Positions 9,084 to 19,311 of a stretch of DNA of 64,000 nt are shown one piece after another. The notes beneath the pieces are model-generated. The model saw only the letters and a list, made by a program, of their open reading frames with translations, searched no databases and was not told the DNA's origin. The position numbers were made by a program, and so were the translations under genes. The stretch spans positions 3,904,001 to 3,968,000 of the forward strand of contig CBDBZU010000004.1 in NCBI GenBank assembly GCA_965213625.1, in the 5' to 3' direction. Numbering within the stretch: position 1 is the first letter of the stretch; every line of letters starts with the position of its first letter. Source of the stretch: a bacterium (GTDB taxonomy: Bacteria; UBA8248).

Positions 9084-9998
9084 ATGAGGTTCCCCACGAA
9101 GGTCGATATCGTCGAGGTAGGCACGCGGGACGGCCTCCAGAACGAAAAAACCTACATCACGCCCGAAGACAAGATAAGGCTTCTGGACACCATCACCGAC
9201 GCGGGCGTCCGCCGCATCGAGGTGACGAGTTTCGTGAGTCCCAAACACGTCCCGCAGCTCAGGGACGCGCAGGAGGTGCTGGCGGGTTGTAAGCGCAGCC
9301 CCGACGCCGAGTACGAGGCCCTCGTTCCCAACGTCCGCGGCATGGAGCGCGCCCTCGAATGCGAACTGGACGGCGTCATGCTGTTTGTCGCCGCCAGCGA
9401 GACGTTCAACCTGAAGAACATTCGCGCAAGCCGAAAGGAAATGCTAGGCGTCGCCCGCGAAGTGGCCAGGATGGCGCAGGATGCGGGCCTCAAGCTCAGG
9501 GGCGGCGTGGTCGCCACCTTCGGCTGCCCGTATGAGGGGCGCATCTCCGATGAGGACGTCGAGTGGGTGGTCGGCGAATACGTGGACATGGGCTGTGAGG
9601 AAATCGGCCTGGCCGATACCGTGGGCATGTCGAACCCGGCCGAAATCAAGAGGCTCACCAACCACATCCGCGACAAATTCCCCTCCGTCCGCTACGCGCT
9701 CCACCTCCACAACACGAGGGGAGCCGGCCTCGCCAACCTGCTGGCGGGCCTGGAAGCCGGCGTCGATACGTTCGACGCCTCCATCGGCGGCTTGGGCGGC
9801 TGCCCCTTCGCGCCGCGCGCCACCGGCAACATCTCGAGCGAGGACACGATCAACATGCTCCACGAGATGGGGATCGAGACGGGCGTCGACCTGCCGAAAT
9901 TACTCGAGGCCGTCGCCCACGCGGAGAAAGTCCTCGACCGCCAGCTACCGGGGCAACTCCTCCACGCCGGAATCCCCGAGTGGGAAATGGCGTCTTAG
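9084..9998 (+). CDS. HMG-CoA lyase family (DRE-TIM) enzyme
   Basis: EVGTRDGLQNE, FGCPYEG, LADTVG, LHLHNTRG, GLGGCPFAP, GN. Start chosen by SD spacing. Confidence 0.88.
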   Translation: MRFPTKVDIVEVGTRDGLQNEKTYITPEDKIRLLDTITDAGVRRIEVTSFVSPKHVPQLRDAQEVLAGCKRSPDAEYEALVPNVRGMERALECELDGVMLFVAASETFNLKNIRASRKEMLGVAREVARMAQDAGLKLRGGVVATFGCPYEGRISDEDVEWVVGEYVDMGCEEIGLADTVGMSNPAEIKRLTNHIRDKFPSVRYALHLHNTRGAGLANLLAGLEAGVDTFDASIGGLGGCPFAPRATGNISSEDTINMLHEMGIETGVDLPKLLEAVAHAEKVLDRQLPGQLLHAGIPEWEMAS

Positions 9999-10103
9999 CC
10001 GACTCCGGCGGATGTCGTGTGTAGGGGCCGCATCTGGGGTTGTTGAAAAGCCGGCCTTGGGAGCGAGGGCGTTTAATTCTCGTCTTGTATGGCCACCTTC
10101 TCG

Positions 10104-10268
10104 ACCTCATTCTGAGTAGGCGCGCATGCGCCGTATCGAAGGTTTGACCCGGCCGAGGAGAGAGGGTCAAAAGCGGCGTATCTCTCCGGCGGGCGCGGAT
10201 ATCGCCCTTCGACAGGCTCAGGACAGGCCCCTTCGATACGCCGCCTTCGGCGGCTACTCAAGGTGAGG
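10104..10268. repeat. Multi-hairpin intergenic repeat (CCTCATTCTGAGTAG...CTACTCAAGGTGAGG type)
   Basis: Terminal IR plus internal CGTATCGAAGG / CCTTCGATACG. A degenerate second copy lies at about 10553-10622. Confidence 0.6.
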
Positions 10269-10345
10269 TGAAACCCGACCGGGGAGGGAGGGTTTGCGGG
10301 CTGCGCAGGAACGAGGAGGGGGAGGGAAAATTGACGCGAGGGGGT

Positions 10346-10470
10346 GTAGGGACAGGCCTCCGTGCCTGTCCTGACGAAGGATCACCACGGAAGGCAGGAC
10401 AGGTCACGACCTGTCCCTACGGGATGATAGCAACCAACACGTGAAGACAGCCACAGGGGCCTGTCCCTAC
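10346..10470. repeat. REPIN-like GTAG-REP pair with a nested third REP
   Basis: GTAGGGACAGGCCTCCGTGCCTGTC ... GACAGCCACAGGGGCCTGTCCCTAC, enclosing GGACAGGTCACGACCTGTCCCTAC. Confidence 0.7.
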
Positions 10471-10719
10471 GGTCGCCATTCCAGGGGATGTCTAGGGGTC
10501 GCCTGTTGGGATTGACCCACCAGCCCGACTTCGAGCTTCGCAGAACGCTTGACGCCCTCATCCCGGAACCCCGTACCCCCATCCTTCGATACGACGCATA
10601 CTCGCCTACCCAGGATGAGGGCATCAGTGGTTCCAAGAAGACTCCCCTCCACACCGGTTTTCTCCCGAAAATGCCTCCCGGCGCACTCAGAAACCCTTGA
10701 CTTTGCAATCCAAAGCTGA

Positions 10720-10735
10720 TTGTATGCAATATACA
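10720..10735. promoter_or_regulatory. Candidate GntR/FadR-type operator
   Basis: TTGTATGCAATATACA (TGTAT-N5-ATACA inverted repeat) just upstream of the decarboxylase operon SD. Confidence 0.45.
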
Positions 10736-10751
10736 CTTTAGGAGAAGCGCA

Positions 10752-12314
10752 TTGCCGCCTGATCCGAATCGACCGGACCCGATAGATGAACTGAAGGAGC
10801 TGACCGCCCGGGCGAAGGCGCTGGGCGGCGAGGCGGCGAAAGAGCGCCAGCACAAGCAGGGGAAGCTGACCGCCAGAGAGCGTATCGACCTGCTGCTCGA
10901 GCCTGAGAGTTTTTCCGAGATCAACCTTTTCGTCGAAACGCGCTCGACGGATTTCGGGATGGATGCGCGCCGCTCCCCAGGCGACGGCGTCATCACCGGC
11001 AGCGGATACGTGAACGGCCAGCTCGTCTTCGTGGCCTCGCAGGATTTCGGCGCCCTCGGCGGCTCGCTGGGCGAGATGCACGCCGAAAAAATCGTGAAGA
11101 TGCAGGAACTCGCCATGAAGGCGGGCGCGCCCATCGTCACCATCCTCGATTCGGGCGGCGCGCGCATCCAGGAGGGCGTCCTGGCGCTTCACGGCTACGC
11201 GCAAATCTTCCACAACAACACACAGGCCTCGGGCGTGATCCCCCAGATATCGATCATCGTCGGCCCCTGCGCGGGCGGGGCCGTCTACTCACCCGCCATC
11301 ACGGACTTCGTCTTCATGGTCGACGGGCTGAGCAAGATGTTCATCACCGGGCCGGAAGTCATCAAGGCGGTGACGGGAGAAGACGTGTCCGTCGAGGAAT
11401 TGGGCGGCGGCGCAGTGCATTGCTCGACGAGCGGGAACGCGCATTTTCTCGCCAGTGACGAGCGTGAATGCTTCGAGATGGTGAAAAAGCTGCTTTCCTT
11501 CCTGCCCTCGAACAATCTCGACGATCCTCCCCTGTCCGATACGCCCGCGTGGCCGCCGGATGAAAACCCCGAGCTCGACGGCATCATACCGGCGGAGGCC
11601 ACGACCGCCTACGACGTTCGCGACCTGATAACCAACGTGTTCGATGACGGAGATTTCCTGGAGGTTCATGCGGAATTCGCCAAAAACATCGTCGTCGGGT
11701 TCGCGCGTCTCAAGGGAAGGCCCGTCGGCGTCGTGGGGAACCAGCCCACGCACCTCGCCGGCGTCCTGGACATCGACAGTTCCGACAAGCTCGCGCGTTT
11801 CGTGCGCTTCTGCGACGCCTTCAACCTCCCCCTCGTCAACTTCGTGGACGTGCCCGGCTATCTGCCCGGCACCCAGCAGGAATACGGCGGCGTCATCCGC
11901 CACGGGGCCAAGGTGCTCTTCGCCTACAGCGAGGCGAACGTGCCGAAAATCGCCCTCATCGTCCGCAAGAGCTACGGCGGCGCCTACATCGCGATGAGCG
12001 GGTTCGGCCTCGGCTACGACCGCGTTCTCGCGTATCCGTTCGCCGAGATCGCCGTGATGGGTCCCGAGGGCGCGGCCAACATCATCTTCCGGCGCGAGAT
12101 CGGCGAGGCCGAGGACCCAGAGAAAGTCCGCCAGGAGAAGATAGCGGAATACCGCAGACTTTTCGCCAAGCCCTACACGGCCGCGAAATACGGCCTCGTG
12201 GACGTCATCATTGAGCCGCGCCAGACGAGAAGCGCGCTCATCCGGGCTCTCGAGATGACCGCGCACAAGCGCGAGGAGCGGCCGGAAAAAAAACACGGAA
12301 ACATTCCGCTGTAA
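10752..12314 (+). CDS. Acyl-CoA carboxyltransferase, methylmalonyl-CoA decarboxylase alpha-like subunit
   Basis: GKLTARERI, DSGGARIQEG, GPCAGGAVYSP, DVPGYLPG, KKHGNIPL; TTG start with AGGAG SD. Confidence 0.9.
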   Translation: MPPDPNRPDPIDELKELTARAKALGGEAAKERQHKQGKLTARERIDLLLEPESFSEINLFVETRSTDFGMDARRSPGDGVITGSGYVNGQLVFVASQDFGALGGSLGEMHAEKIVKMQELAMKAGAPIVTILDSGGARIQEGVLALHGYAQIFHNNTQASGVIPQISIIVGPCAGGAVYSPAITDFVFMVDGLSKMFITGPEVIKAVTGEDVSVEELGGGAVHCSTSGNAHFLASDERECFEMVKKLLSFLPSNNLDDPPLSDTPAWPPDENPELDGIIPAEATTAYDVRDLITNVFDDGDFLEVHAEFAKNIVVGFARLKGRPVGVVGNQPTHLAGVLDIDSSDKLARFVRFCDAFNLPLVNFVDVPGYLPGTQQEYGGVIRHGAKVLFAYSEANVPKIALIVRKSYGGAYIAMSGFGLGYDRVLAYPFAEIAVMGPEGAANIIFRREIGEAEDPEKVRQEKIAEYRRLFAKPYTAAKYGLVDVIIEPRQTRSALIRALEMTAHKREERPEKKHGNIPL

Positions 12315-12330
12315 GGAAAAGGATTTCACC

Positions 12331-12651
12331 GTGGAATCATTCATGCCCGCAATTATGCTGACGATCATCGGCATGGGCGTCGTATTCGGCTCCCTGGTCG
12401 TGCTGATGGTGGTCATCCTGCTTCTGGAGAAATTCGTCGGCTCAAAGCGGCGGGAAGCCGGTGCGGACGCGATGAAGCAGGAGACTGCGCCCGATAACGG
12501 CGACCTGGACGTCGTCCTCGCGGCCGCCGCCGGGTATTTTCTGGAAACCGAAGCGCCCGAGGTATACGTTCCCCCGGTGCGCCGGAATGCAAATTCCGTC
12601 TGGGCGCGAACCGCCCGCGCAGGACATCTCCGCCAGCGGAGGCGCCGGTGA
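12331..12651 (+). CDS. Na+-decarboxylase delta/gamma subunit (OadG/MmdD-like)
   Basis: Single N-terminal TM helix GMGVVFGSLVVL, VVLAAAA, C-terminal SVWARTAR; position in the operon. Confidence 0.8.
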   Translation: MESFMPAIMLTIIGMGVVFGSLVVLMVVILLLEKFVGSKRREAGADAMKQETAPDNGDLDVVLAAAAGYFLETEAPEVYVPPVRRNANSVWARTARAGHLRQRRRR

Positions 12652-13055
12652 GAAATTTCCATCTGACCATCAACGGCAAGCGCTACGCGGTGAGCGTAGA
12701 GCGCGACCTCGGCTCGAATGAACTCGAGGTCACGGTAGACGGGCAGACGCATCGCGTCGGGGTGGAGGAAGAGGAGAAGACCGTCCCTTCCGCCCCCCGT
12801 CCATCCGCCGCGCGCAAGCCCTCGCCCACGCCGGTGAACTCCGGCGGGAAGATACTCGCCCCCCTGCCAGGCGTGGTTTTATCCGTCGCGGTCGCCCCGG
12901 GTGATTCGGCAGGCGCAGGCGATACGCTTTTGATCCTCGAGGCCATGAAGATGGAGAACGTGATTCAGGCGGATTCGGACTGCGTCGTTCAGGCGGTTCA
13001 TGTGCACAAAGGCGACAAGGTGGAAGCCTCCCAATTGCTCATGGAGATATCATGA
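12648..13055 (+). CDS. Biotin carrier subunit (MmdC-like)
   Basis: LEAMKMEN biotinylation motif, Pro/Ala linker, APLPG. Confidence 0.9.
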   Translation: MRNFHLTINGKRYAVSVERDLGSNELEVTVDGQTHRVGVEEEEKTVPSAPRPSAARKPSPTPVNSGGKILAPLPGVVLSVAVAPGDSAGAGDTLLILEAMKMENVIQADSDCVVQAVHVHKGDKVEASQLLMEIS

Positions 13056-14176
13056 GCCAACTGTTCTCTTCGGTCGCCGATTTCATCTCTCTCACCGGGT
13101 TTTCGGCGCTGGGCTTCGGCGACGTCCTCATGCTCGCCATTTCATGCCTCCTGCTCTATCTGGCCATCCAGAAGGGTTTCGAGCCCCTGCTCCTCGTGCC
13201 CATCGGCTTCGGCATGCTGCTCTCGAACCTGCCTGAAACCGGCATATTCGATAAAGGCGGCCTCATCCAATACTTCTACTTCGGGGTGAAGGCGGGCATA
13301 TTCCCGCCCCTGATCTTCATGGGCATCGGGGCGCTCACGGATTTCGGCCCGCTGCTGGCGAACCCCAAGACGCTGCTCCTGGGTGCGGCGGCGCAATTCG
13401 GCATCTTCGCCACCCTGCTCGGAAGCATATTCCTGGGCTTCAACCTCTCGGAAGCGGGCGCCATCGGCATCATCGGCGGGGCGGACGGCCCCACGGCCAT
13501 CTACACTGCGTCCAAGCTGGCTCCCCACCTGCTCGGCCCCATCGCCGTGGCCGCCTATAGCTACATGGCGCTCGTGCCGATGATCCAGCCTCCCATCATG
13601 AAGGCGCTCACCAACAGCGAGGAGCGCTCGCGGGAGATGATGCAGCTAAAAGTTATCGAAAAACCCGTCCGCATCCTGTTTCCCATCATCACGACGCTGC
13701 TCACGGGCCTGCTACTCCCCTCGGCGGCGCCCCTTATCGGGATGCTCATGCTCGGGAACCTCTTTCGTGAGTGCGGGGTCGTCGAGAGGCTCTTGAAGAC
13801 CTCGGAGGATGCCCTGCTCAATATCGTGACGATATTCTTAGGCGTCTCCGTGGGCGCTTCGATGACGGCCGAGACTTTCCTCAAGTGGGAGACCATCGGC
13901 ATTCTCCTGCTCGGCTTCATCGCCTTCGGCATCGGCACGGCCACCGGCGTGATCTTCGGCAAGATCATGGCCGCCTTCAGCAGTACGCCGATCAACCCCC
14001 TCATCGGCGCTGCGGGCGTAAGCGCGGTTCCCATGGCGGCCCGCGTCGTCCAGAAGGTGGGCGCCGACGAGAATCCGGGCAATTTTCTGCTCATGCACGC
14101 GATGGGCCCCAACGTGGCGGGCGTCATCGGCTCGGCGATCGCGGCCGGCGTGCTGATATCACTCATCCGAATTTGA
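13052..14176 (+). CDS. Na+-translocating decarboxylase beta subunit (OadB/MmdB)
   Basis: [58 protein letters not shown]. Confidence 0.93.
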   Translation: MSQLFSSVADFISLTGFSALGFGDVLMLAISCLLLYLAIQKGFEPLLLVPIGFGMLLSNLPETGIFDKGGLIQYFYFGVKAGIFPPLIFMGIGALTDFGPLLANPKTLLLGAAAQFGIFATLLGSIFLGFNLSEAGAIGIIGGADGPTAIYTASKLAPHLLGPIAVAAYSYMALVPMIQPPIMKALTNSEERSREMMQLKVIEKPVRILFPIITTLLTGLLLPSAAPLIGMLMLGNLFRECGVVERLLKTSEDALLNIVTIFLGVSVGASMTAETFLKWETIGILLLGFIAFGIGTATGVIFGKIMAAFSSTPINPLIGAAGVSAVPMAARVVQKVGADENPGNFLLMHAMGPNVAGVIGSAIAAGVLISLIRI

Positions 14177-14191
14177 TGGAGCGACACTTTC

Positions 14192-15382
14192 ATGGCTGGA
14201 CCACTGGAAGGCATCCGGGTAGTCGACCTGACTCGAATTCTCGCAGGCCCCTATTGCACCATGATGCTGGGCGATATGGGCGCGGAGGTCATCAAGATCG
14301 AACATCCCGACGGCGGGGACGACACCCGAGGCTGGGGGCCCCCTTTTCTGAACGGGGTGAGCGCGTACTTCATCTCGATTAACCGCAACAAGAAAAGCCT
14401 CACGCTCAACTTGAAGGACGAACGCGGCAAGGAGATTCTGCGGGATCTGATTCGCAACAGCGACGTCATCGTGGAGAACTTCCGGCCCGGCACGCTGGAT
14501 AAGCTCGGATTCTCCTGGGAGGAGATCCACCGGCTCAATCCCTCGATGGTATTCGCCTCGCTCTCGGGCTTCGGTCAGACCGGTCCCCGGAAAAGCGAGC
14601 CCGGCTTCGACGTTGTCATCCAGGGCGAGGGCGGGGTGATGAGCCTAACGGGAGAGCCCGACGCACCGCCCAGCAAGGTGGGCGCATCCATCGCGGACAT
14701 CACGGCGGGAATGCTCGCCGCCCAGGGGGTTCTGCTCTCGCTCTACCACCGCGAGAAAACGGGCGTGGGGCAGATGGTCGACGTCGGCATGCTCGACGGG
14801 CAGGTGGCCCTGCTCACCTACCATGCGAACAACTACTTCGCGACCGGAAAGCTTCCGCCGAGGCGGGGGAACAAGCATCCCTCCATCACGCCGTACGAAA
14901 CGTATGAGTGCAAGGACGGATACTTCAACCTGGGCGTGGGCAACGACAGCCTGTGGCGGAGATTCTGCGACGCGATGGGGCTGGGGGAGATCAAGGAAGA
15001 CCCAAAATTCGCCATCAACAAAGACAGGGTGAACAACCGCCTGGAGCTGCAGGAGATTCTCGACGCCTTCTTCGCGGAGAAGACGGTGGGAGAAACGCTC
15101 GATTCCCTGCGGGACGCAGGCATCCCGTGCGGCCCGATAAACAACCTCGAGCAAGTATTGAACGAACCCCAGATTCTCGCGCGCGAGATGGTGGTGGACG
15201 TCGACGTGCCAGTCGCCGGCCCCACGAAGGTGACCGGTGTGCCCATCAAGCTATCCGAAACCCCGGGCGCCGTACGGACGCCCCCGCCCTCGCTCGGCCA
15301 GCACACCGAAGAGGTGCTCGAATCCGTCCTCGGCATGGATGAGGCGCAAAGAAACACCCTTCGGGAAGATGGCGTGGTGTGA
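14192..15382 (+). CDS. Family III CoA-transferase (CaiB/BaiF)
   Basis: DLTRILAGP, NRNKKS, ENFRPG, catalytic ADITAG. Confidence 0.9.
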   Translation: MAGPLEGIRVVDLTRILAGPYCTMMLGDMGAEVIKIEHPDGGDDTRGWGPPFLNGVSAYFISINRNKKSLTLNLKDERGKEILRDLIRNSDVIVENFRPGTLDKLGFSWEEIHRLNPSMVFASLSGFGQTGPRKSEPGFDVVIQGEGGVMSLTGEPDAPPSKVGASIADITAGMLAAQGVLLSLYHREKTGVGQMVDVGMLDGQVALLTYHANNYFATGKLPPRRGNKHPSITPYETYECKDGYFNLGVGNDSLWRRFCDAMGLGEIKEDPKFAINKDRVNNRLELQEILDAFFAEKTVGETLDSLRDAGIPCGPINNLEQVLNEPQILAREMVVDVDVPVAGPTKVTGVPIKLSETPGAVRTPPPSLGQHTEEVLESVLGMDEAQRNTLREDGVV

Positions 15383-15462
15383 GGCGTTGAGCATGGATAC
15401 CTTCAGAAACCTCTCCGGCATCTGGCCGTTGATCCTGTGTAAGGACTCATAGGGGGATTGAG

Positions 15463-16170
15463 GTGCGGATACCGGGCGTTCAGATCGAAAAACCAAAATC
15501 CCTGAGCAAGATGGTGTCGGAGCAGATTAAAGACGCCATCCTGAGCGGCATCTTCCAGCCGGGAGACAAGCTTGTCGAGACGACGCTCACCGAGTCGATG
15601 GGCGTGAGCAGAACGCCGCTCCGCGAAGCCTTCCGGGAACTCGCAGCAGAAGGCTACATCACCGTCGTCCCGCACAAGGGGGCGCACGTGAGTCTCGTGA
15701 GCGAGGATGAGGTTCTGGACATCTACGCCATCACCAGCGTGCTGGAGGGCCTCGCCACACGCCTCGCGACCCCGAACCTCCACGAGGGAAGGGCGAACGA
15801 AAAGCTACATGCGTTTTTCGAGCAGTTGAAGCACCATCATGAGCGCGGCGAGGTGGACGCCTACTGGGCGGCGAACCGTGATTTTCACCGCCACATCACG
15901 AGCGCTTGCGAGAACTCGAGACTCCAGGGACTCATCGGGAACCTCCGGCAGCAGATCATGAAGACCCGCGTGGTGACGCTCCATGCGCCCGGGCGTCTGG
16001 ATAACTCCATGGCCGAGCACGAGGAAATTCTCCAGGCCATACTCGATGGCGACGGGAGAAGCGCCGAGCGCCTGGTGATCAGGCACCTGGAAATCCAGGG
16101 GAATTTCGTGCTGGACCTCATCAAGAAATCATCTGAAAACGCAAGTGTTTCTACCGCAGAAGACGGCTAG
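15463..16170 (+). CDS. GntR-family (FadR/FCD) transcription regulator
   Basis: VSRTPLREA HTH; FCD motifs NRDFH and EHEEIL. Confidence 0.9.
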   Translation: MRIPGVQIEKPKSLSKMVSEQIKDAILSGIFQPGDKLVETTLTESMGVSRTPLREAFRELAAEGYITVVPHKGAHVSLVSEDEVLDIYAITSVLEGLATRLATPNLHEGRANEKLHAFFEQLKHHHERGEVDAYWAANRDFHRHITSACENSRLQGLIGNLRQQIMKTRVVTLHAPGRLDNSMAEHEEILQAILDGDGRSAERLVIRHLEIQGNFVLDLIKKSSENASVSTAEDG

Positions 16171-17282
16171 GCGAGCACCTCCCGGGCGCTTGCGCTCTTC
16201 ATGCCTAAGGCTTGCGCCACGCCCGCGTGGGTGATGTGCCCCTCAGCCACGTTCAGGCCATCGGCGAGGTGCGGATTGCGCGCGACCGCTTCTTTCAAGC
16301 CTGAGTTGGCCAGTTCCAGGGCGTAGGGCAGCACCGCGTTCGAGAGCGCGATGGTGCTCGTGCGAGGGACGACCCCCGGCATGTTCGCTACGCCGTAGTG
16401 AACGACGCCCTCAACGAGGTAGGTGGGATCCGAATGGTAGGTGGGGCGTATCGTCTCCACGCAACCGCCCTGGTCCACCGCCACGTCCACGATGACAGCG
16501 CCTGCGTTCATTTCCCGCAGCATCTCGCGCGACACCAGTACCGGCGTGCGCCCGCCCGGCACCAGAACGGCGCCGATAACCAGATCCGCTTCGCGCAGGG
16601 CTTCGCGTATGGTGAAGCGCGTGGATACCAGCGTCTTGACCCGGCCATCGAAAATATCGTCAATATACTCGAGACGCGCATGATTGATGTCGAACACAGT
16701 GACGCCCGCGTGCATGCCGACCGCTATTTTGGCCGCGTTCTTCCCCACGATACCCGCTCCGAGGATGACCACGTTCCCCCGGGGTACGCCCGGCGCCCCG
16801 GCCAGCAGAACGCCGCGGCCCCCTAGGTTTTTCCCGAGATACTTGGCCCCTTCCTGAACGGCCATCCTGCCCGCTATCTCGCTCATGGGTTGCAGAATCG
16901 GCAAAACGCCGTCTGGCGAAGTCACCGTCTCGAACGCGACGCCATAGGTTCCGCTCTCAGCTATCGCGCGCGCAAGGGGCTGGCAGGCGGCCAGATGTAA
17001 AAAAGCGAACAGAATCTGCCCCTCGCGCATCGACGGAAACTCCGGTTCCAGGGGTTCTTTGACCTTGACGATCATCTCCCCCTCCGCCCAGAGTTCCTCT
17101 GCGGACGGGACGATGCGCGCACCCACCGCCTCGTATTCCGCATCCGCGATACCGGCGTCGAGGCCTGCGCCATTTTCCACCATCACGTCGTGGCCCGCCT
17201 CCACGAGAGCCTCCACGGCTCCGGGCGTCAAGGCGACCCTGTATTCATCCTGTTTGATTTCCCTGAGGAGCCCGATTTTCAT
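16167..17282 (-). CDS. ald: Alanine dehydrogenase
   Basis: [43 protein letters not shown]. Confidence 0.93.
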   Translation of the reverse strand: MKIGLLREIKQDEYRVALTPGAVEALVEAGHDVMVENGAGLDAGIADAEYEAVGARIVPSAEELWAEGEMIVKVKEPLEPEFPSMREGQILFAFLHLAACQPLARAIAESGTYGVAFETVTSPDGVLPILQPMSEIAGRMAVQEGAKYLGKNLGGRGVLLAGAPGVPRGNVVILGAGIVGKNAAKIAVGMHAGVTVFDINHARLEYIDDIFDGRVKTLVSTRFTIREALREADLVIGAVLVPGGRTPVLVSREMLREMNAGAVIVDVAVDQGGCVETIRPTYHSDPTYLVEGVVHYGVANMPGVVPRTSTIALSNAVLPYALELANSGLKEAVARNPHLADGLNVAEGHITHAGVAQALGMKSASAREVLA

Positions 17283-17719
17283 GAATCCTCCGCCTCCTCT
17301 TCCACGACATGGAACGTACTTTCCGCCTCGGCGACGGCCCGGCCGTCTTCCGCCCTGGTCGCTATTCCCTCCAGGACGACGAACCTGCCCTTTTTCTTCT
17401 TCAGCCTTCCCTCGAGCAGCAGGGGAGTACCGACCGGCAGGGGGTCGCGGTAGCGGATTTCGCTTCTCGCCGAGTAGGCGCGCATTCCTTTGAGAAACAG
17501 CCAGTTCGCCATGACGTCATCGAGAACGCTGAAGACGATGCCGCCGTGCGTCACGCCGTCGTATCCCTGGTGGACAGTCTGCGGCGTGAACTCGGCGCGG
17601 CAGACGTCGCCGTCCAGCCGGAAAACAATTTTCAAGCCAATCGGGTTCGCGGGGCCGCATACGAAACAGCCATCCGCATCCGGGCGTCCTCTTGAATCAG
17701 CCAATGGTTCGGTCTCCAC
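17279..17719 (-). CDS. PaaI-family hot-dog thioesterase
   Basis: [28 protein letters not shown]. Confidence 0.85.
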   Translation of the reverse strand: METEPLADSRGRPDADGCFVCGPANPIGLKIVFRLDGDVCRAEFTPQTVHQGYDGVTHGGIVFSVLDDVMANWLFLKGMRAYSARSEIRYRDPLPVGTPLLLEGRLKKKKGRFVVLEGIATRAEDGRAVAEAESTFHVVEEEAEDS

Positions 17720-17736
17720 TTCATTTCAGGACAAAC

Positions 17737-17766
17737 AAAAAAGGAGAGCCTCGGCGGCTCTCCTTT
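17737..17766 (-). terminator. Intrinsic terminator after rplQ
   Basis: Minus strand AAAGGAGAGCC-GCCGA-GGCTCTCCTTT followed by a T-run. Confidence 0.75.
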
Positions 17767-17790
17767 CTGGAGTCTCTCATATCGGGTTTC

Positions 17791-18213
17791 CTACGATTCC
17801 CCTTGCGCCTCTCTTCTCTTCTGGCGGCGTTCCTGCCTTTCCTGTTCCCTGGTGGTGTCTCTATCGATCAACTCGAGAAGCGCCATGGGCGCGGCGTCTC
17901 CTTGCCGCGGAGGGAGACGCAGTATCCGGGTATAGCCGCCGGGGCGCTCCGCATATCTAGGTGCAATGGTATCCATGAGTTTGGCGACCGCGGCTGGGGT
18001 TTTGAGATAAGAGGCCACCTGCCGCCGCGCATGGAGCGTGCCTTTCTTGCCCTTGGTAATGATGCGTTCGGCGTGGCGGCGAACCTCCTTGGCCTTCGCC
18101 AGCGTTGTCCGCACCCTCTCCTCGTCGATGAGAGAAGTGACCATGTTCCTCGTCATCGCATCGCGATGCTTCGAGGTGCGTCCCAGTTTTCTGCCATGCC
18201 ATCGGTGCCGCAT
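17791..18213 (-). CDS. rplQ: 50S ribosomal protein L17
   Basis: MRHRWHGRKLGR, RPGGYTRI. Confidence 0.97.
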   Translation of the reverse strand: MRHRWHGRKLGRTSKHRDAMTRNMVTSLIDEERVRTTLAKAKEVRRHAERIITKGKKGTLHARRQVASYLKTPAAVAKLMDTIAPRYAERPGGYTRILRLPPRQGDAAPMALLELIDRDTTREQERQERRQKRREAQGES

Positions 18214-18224
18214 CTATCTATGTC

Positions 18225-19244
18225 CTATTCTTGTTCGGAATCGTCCTGCCCGCTGATATCGCGGGGCGTAAGATCCATATAACTTAAATCCATTCCGAGA
18301 GACAAACCCATACCCGTGAGAATATCACGAATTTCATTCAAACTCTTGCGCCCGAAGTTCCTGGTTCTCAGCAACTCGGTTTCGGTCTTTTGCACCAACT
18401 CGCCCAGCGTACGGATCCGCGCGTTCTTCAGGCAGTTATAGCTGCGAACCGAAAGCTCGAGTTCCTCCACGCTTCTGCTCAGGCTCTCCACTATCCGCTG
18501 CTTGCGCTCATCCACCTTCGGCGCCTGGGGCACAATCTCTTCCTCGAAGTTGATGAATATCTGGAGATTGTCCTTCAGAATCTTCGCCGCGTAGGCAACT
18601 GCATCCACGGGGGCGATGGTTCCGTTCGTTTCCACGTCGAGTATCAGCTTGTCGTAATCCGTAATGTCGCCCACCCGGGCCTTCTCCACCTGGAATGTGC
18701 AGCGGCGGATGGGAGAGAAGATGGAATCCATCGGGATGAACTGAGGGCCGAGGGCCAAATCCACGTTTCTCTCTGCGGGAACGTAGCCACGGCCGATGTT
18801 CGCAACGAGTTCCACGTCGAGTTCCGCTTCATCGTTCATGTTGGCGATTTCGATGTCGGGTGTCAGTACCCTTACGCCCGAGGGGGCTGCGATGTCTCCC
18901 GCCTTGAACACGCCGGCGGATCCTGCATGTTGGTAATGCATGTGAACCGGAAAGGTATCCGATTCCACCTCGATGACGACGTCCTTGAGATTCAGGATGA
19001 TTTCCGTCACATCCTCCATGACGCCCGGAATACTCGAAAACTCGTGAAATACGCCTTCGATGCGCACACCCGTGAAAGCGGCTCCCTGAAGTGAAGACAA
19101 AATCACGCGGCGGAGCGCATTGCCCAGCGTAACGCCATACCCGCGTTCCAGGGGCTCGGCGATAAAACGGCCGAAAGTATCGGTCAAACTTTCCGGCTGA
19201 GGCTCCAGGCCGGTGGGTTTGACCAGATCAGCAGTGGCTGTCAT
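18225..19244 (-). CDS. rpoA: RNA polymerase alpha subunit
   Basis: [38 protein letters not shown]. Confidence 0.98.
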   Translation of the reverse strand: MTATADLVKPTGLEPQPESLTDTFGRFIAEPLERGYGVTLGNALRRVILSSLQGAAFTGVRIEGVFHEFSSIPGVMEDVTEIILNLKDVVIEVESDTFPVHMHYQHAGSAGVFKAGDIAAPSGVRVLTPDIEIANMNDEAELDVELVANIGRGYVPAERNVDLALGPQFIPMDSIFSPIRRCTFQVEKARVGDITDYDKLILDVETNGTIAPVDAVAYAAKILKDNLQIFINFEEEIVPQAPKVDERKQRIVESLSRSVEELELSVRSYNCLKNARIRTLGELVQKTETELLRTRNFGRKSLNEIRDILTGMGLSLGMDLSYMDLTPRDISGQDDSEQE

Positions 19245-19311
19245 TTCTATTGGTCCTCCGTTTGGCGGTTGACCACTTTTTGAAACAAGTTGGTCGAAAC
19301 GAGCTCGTTAT

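Noticed and set aside
7687-10470. Palindromic repeats as a CRISPR array
   Set aside because: No regularly spaced direct repeats with unique spacers, and no cas genes.
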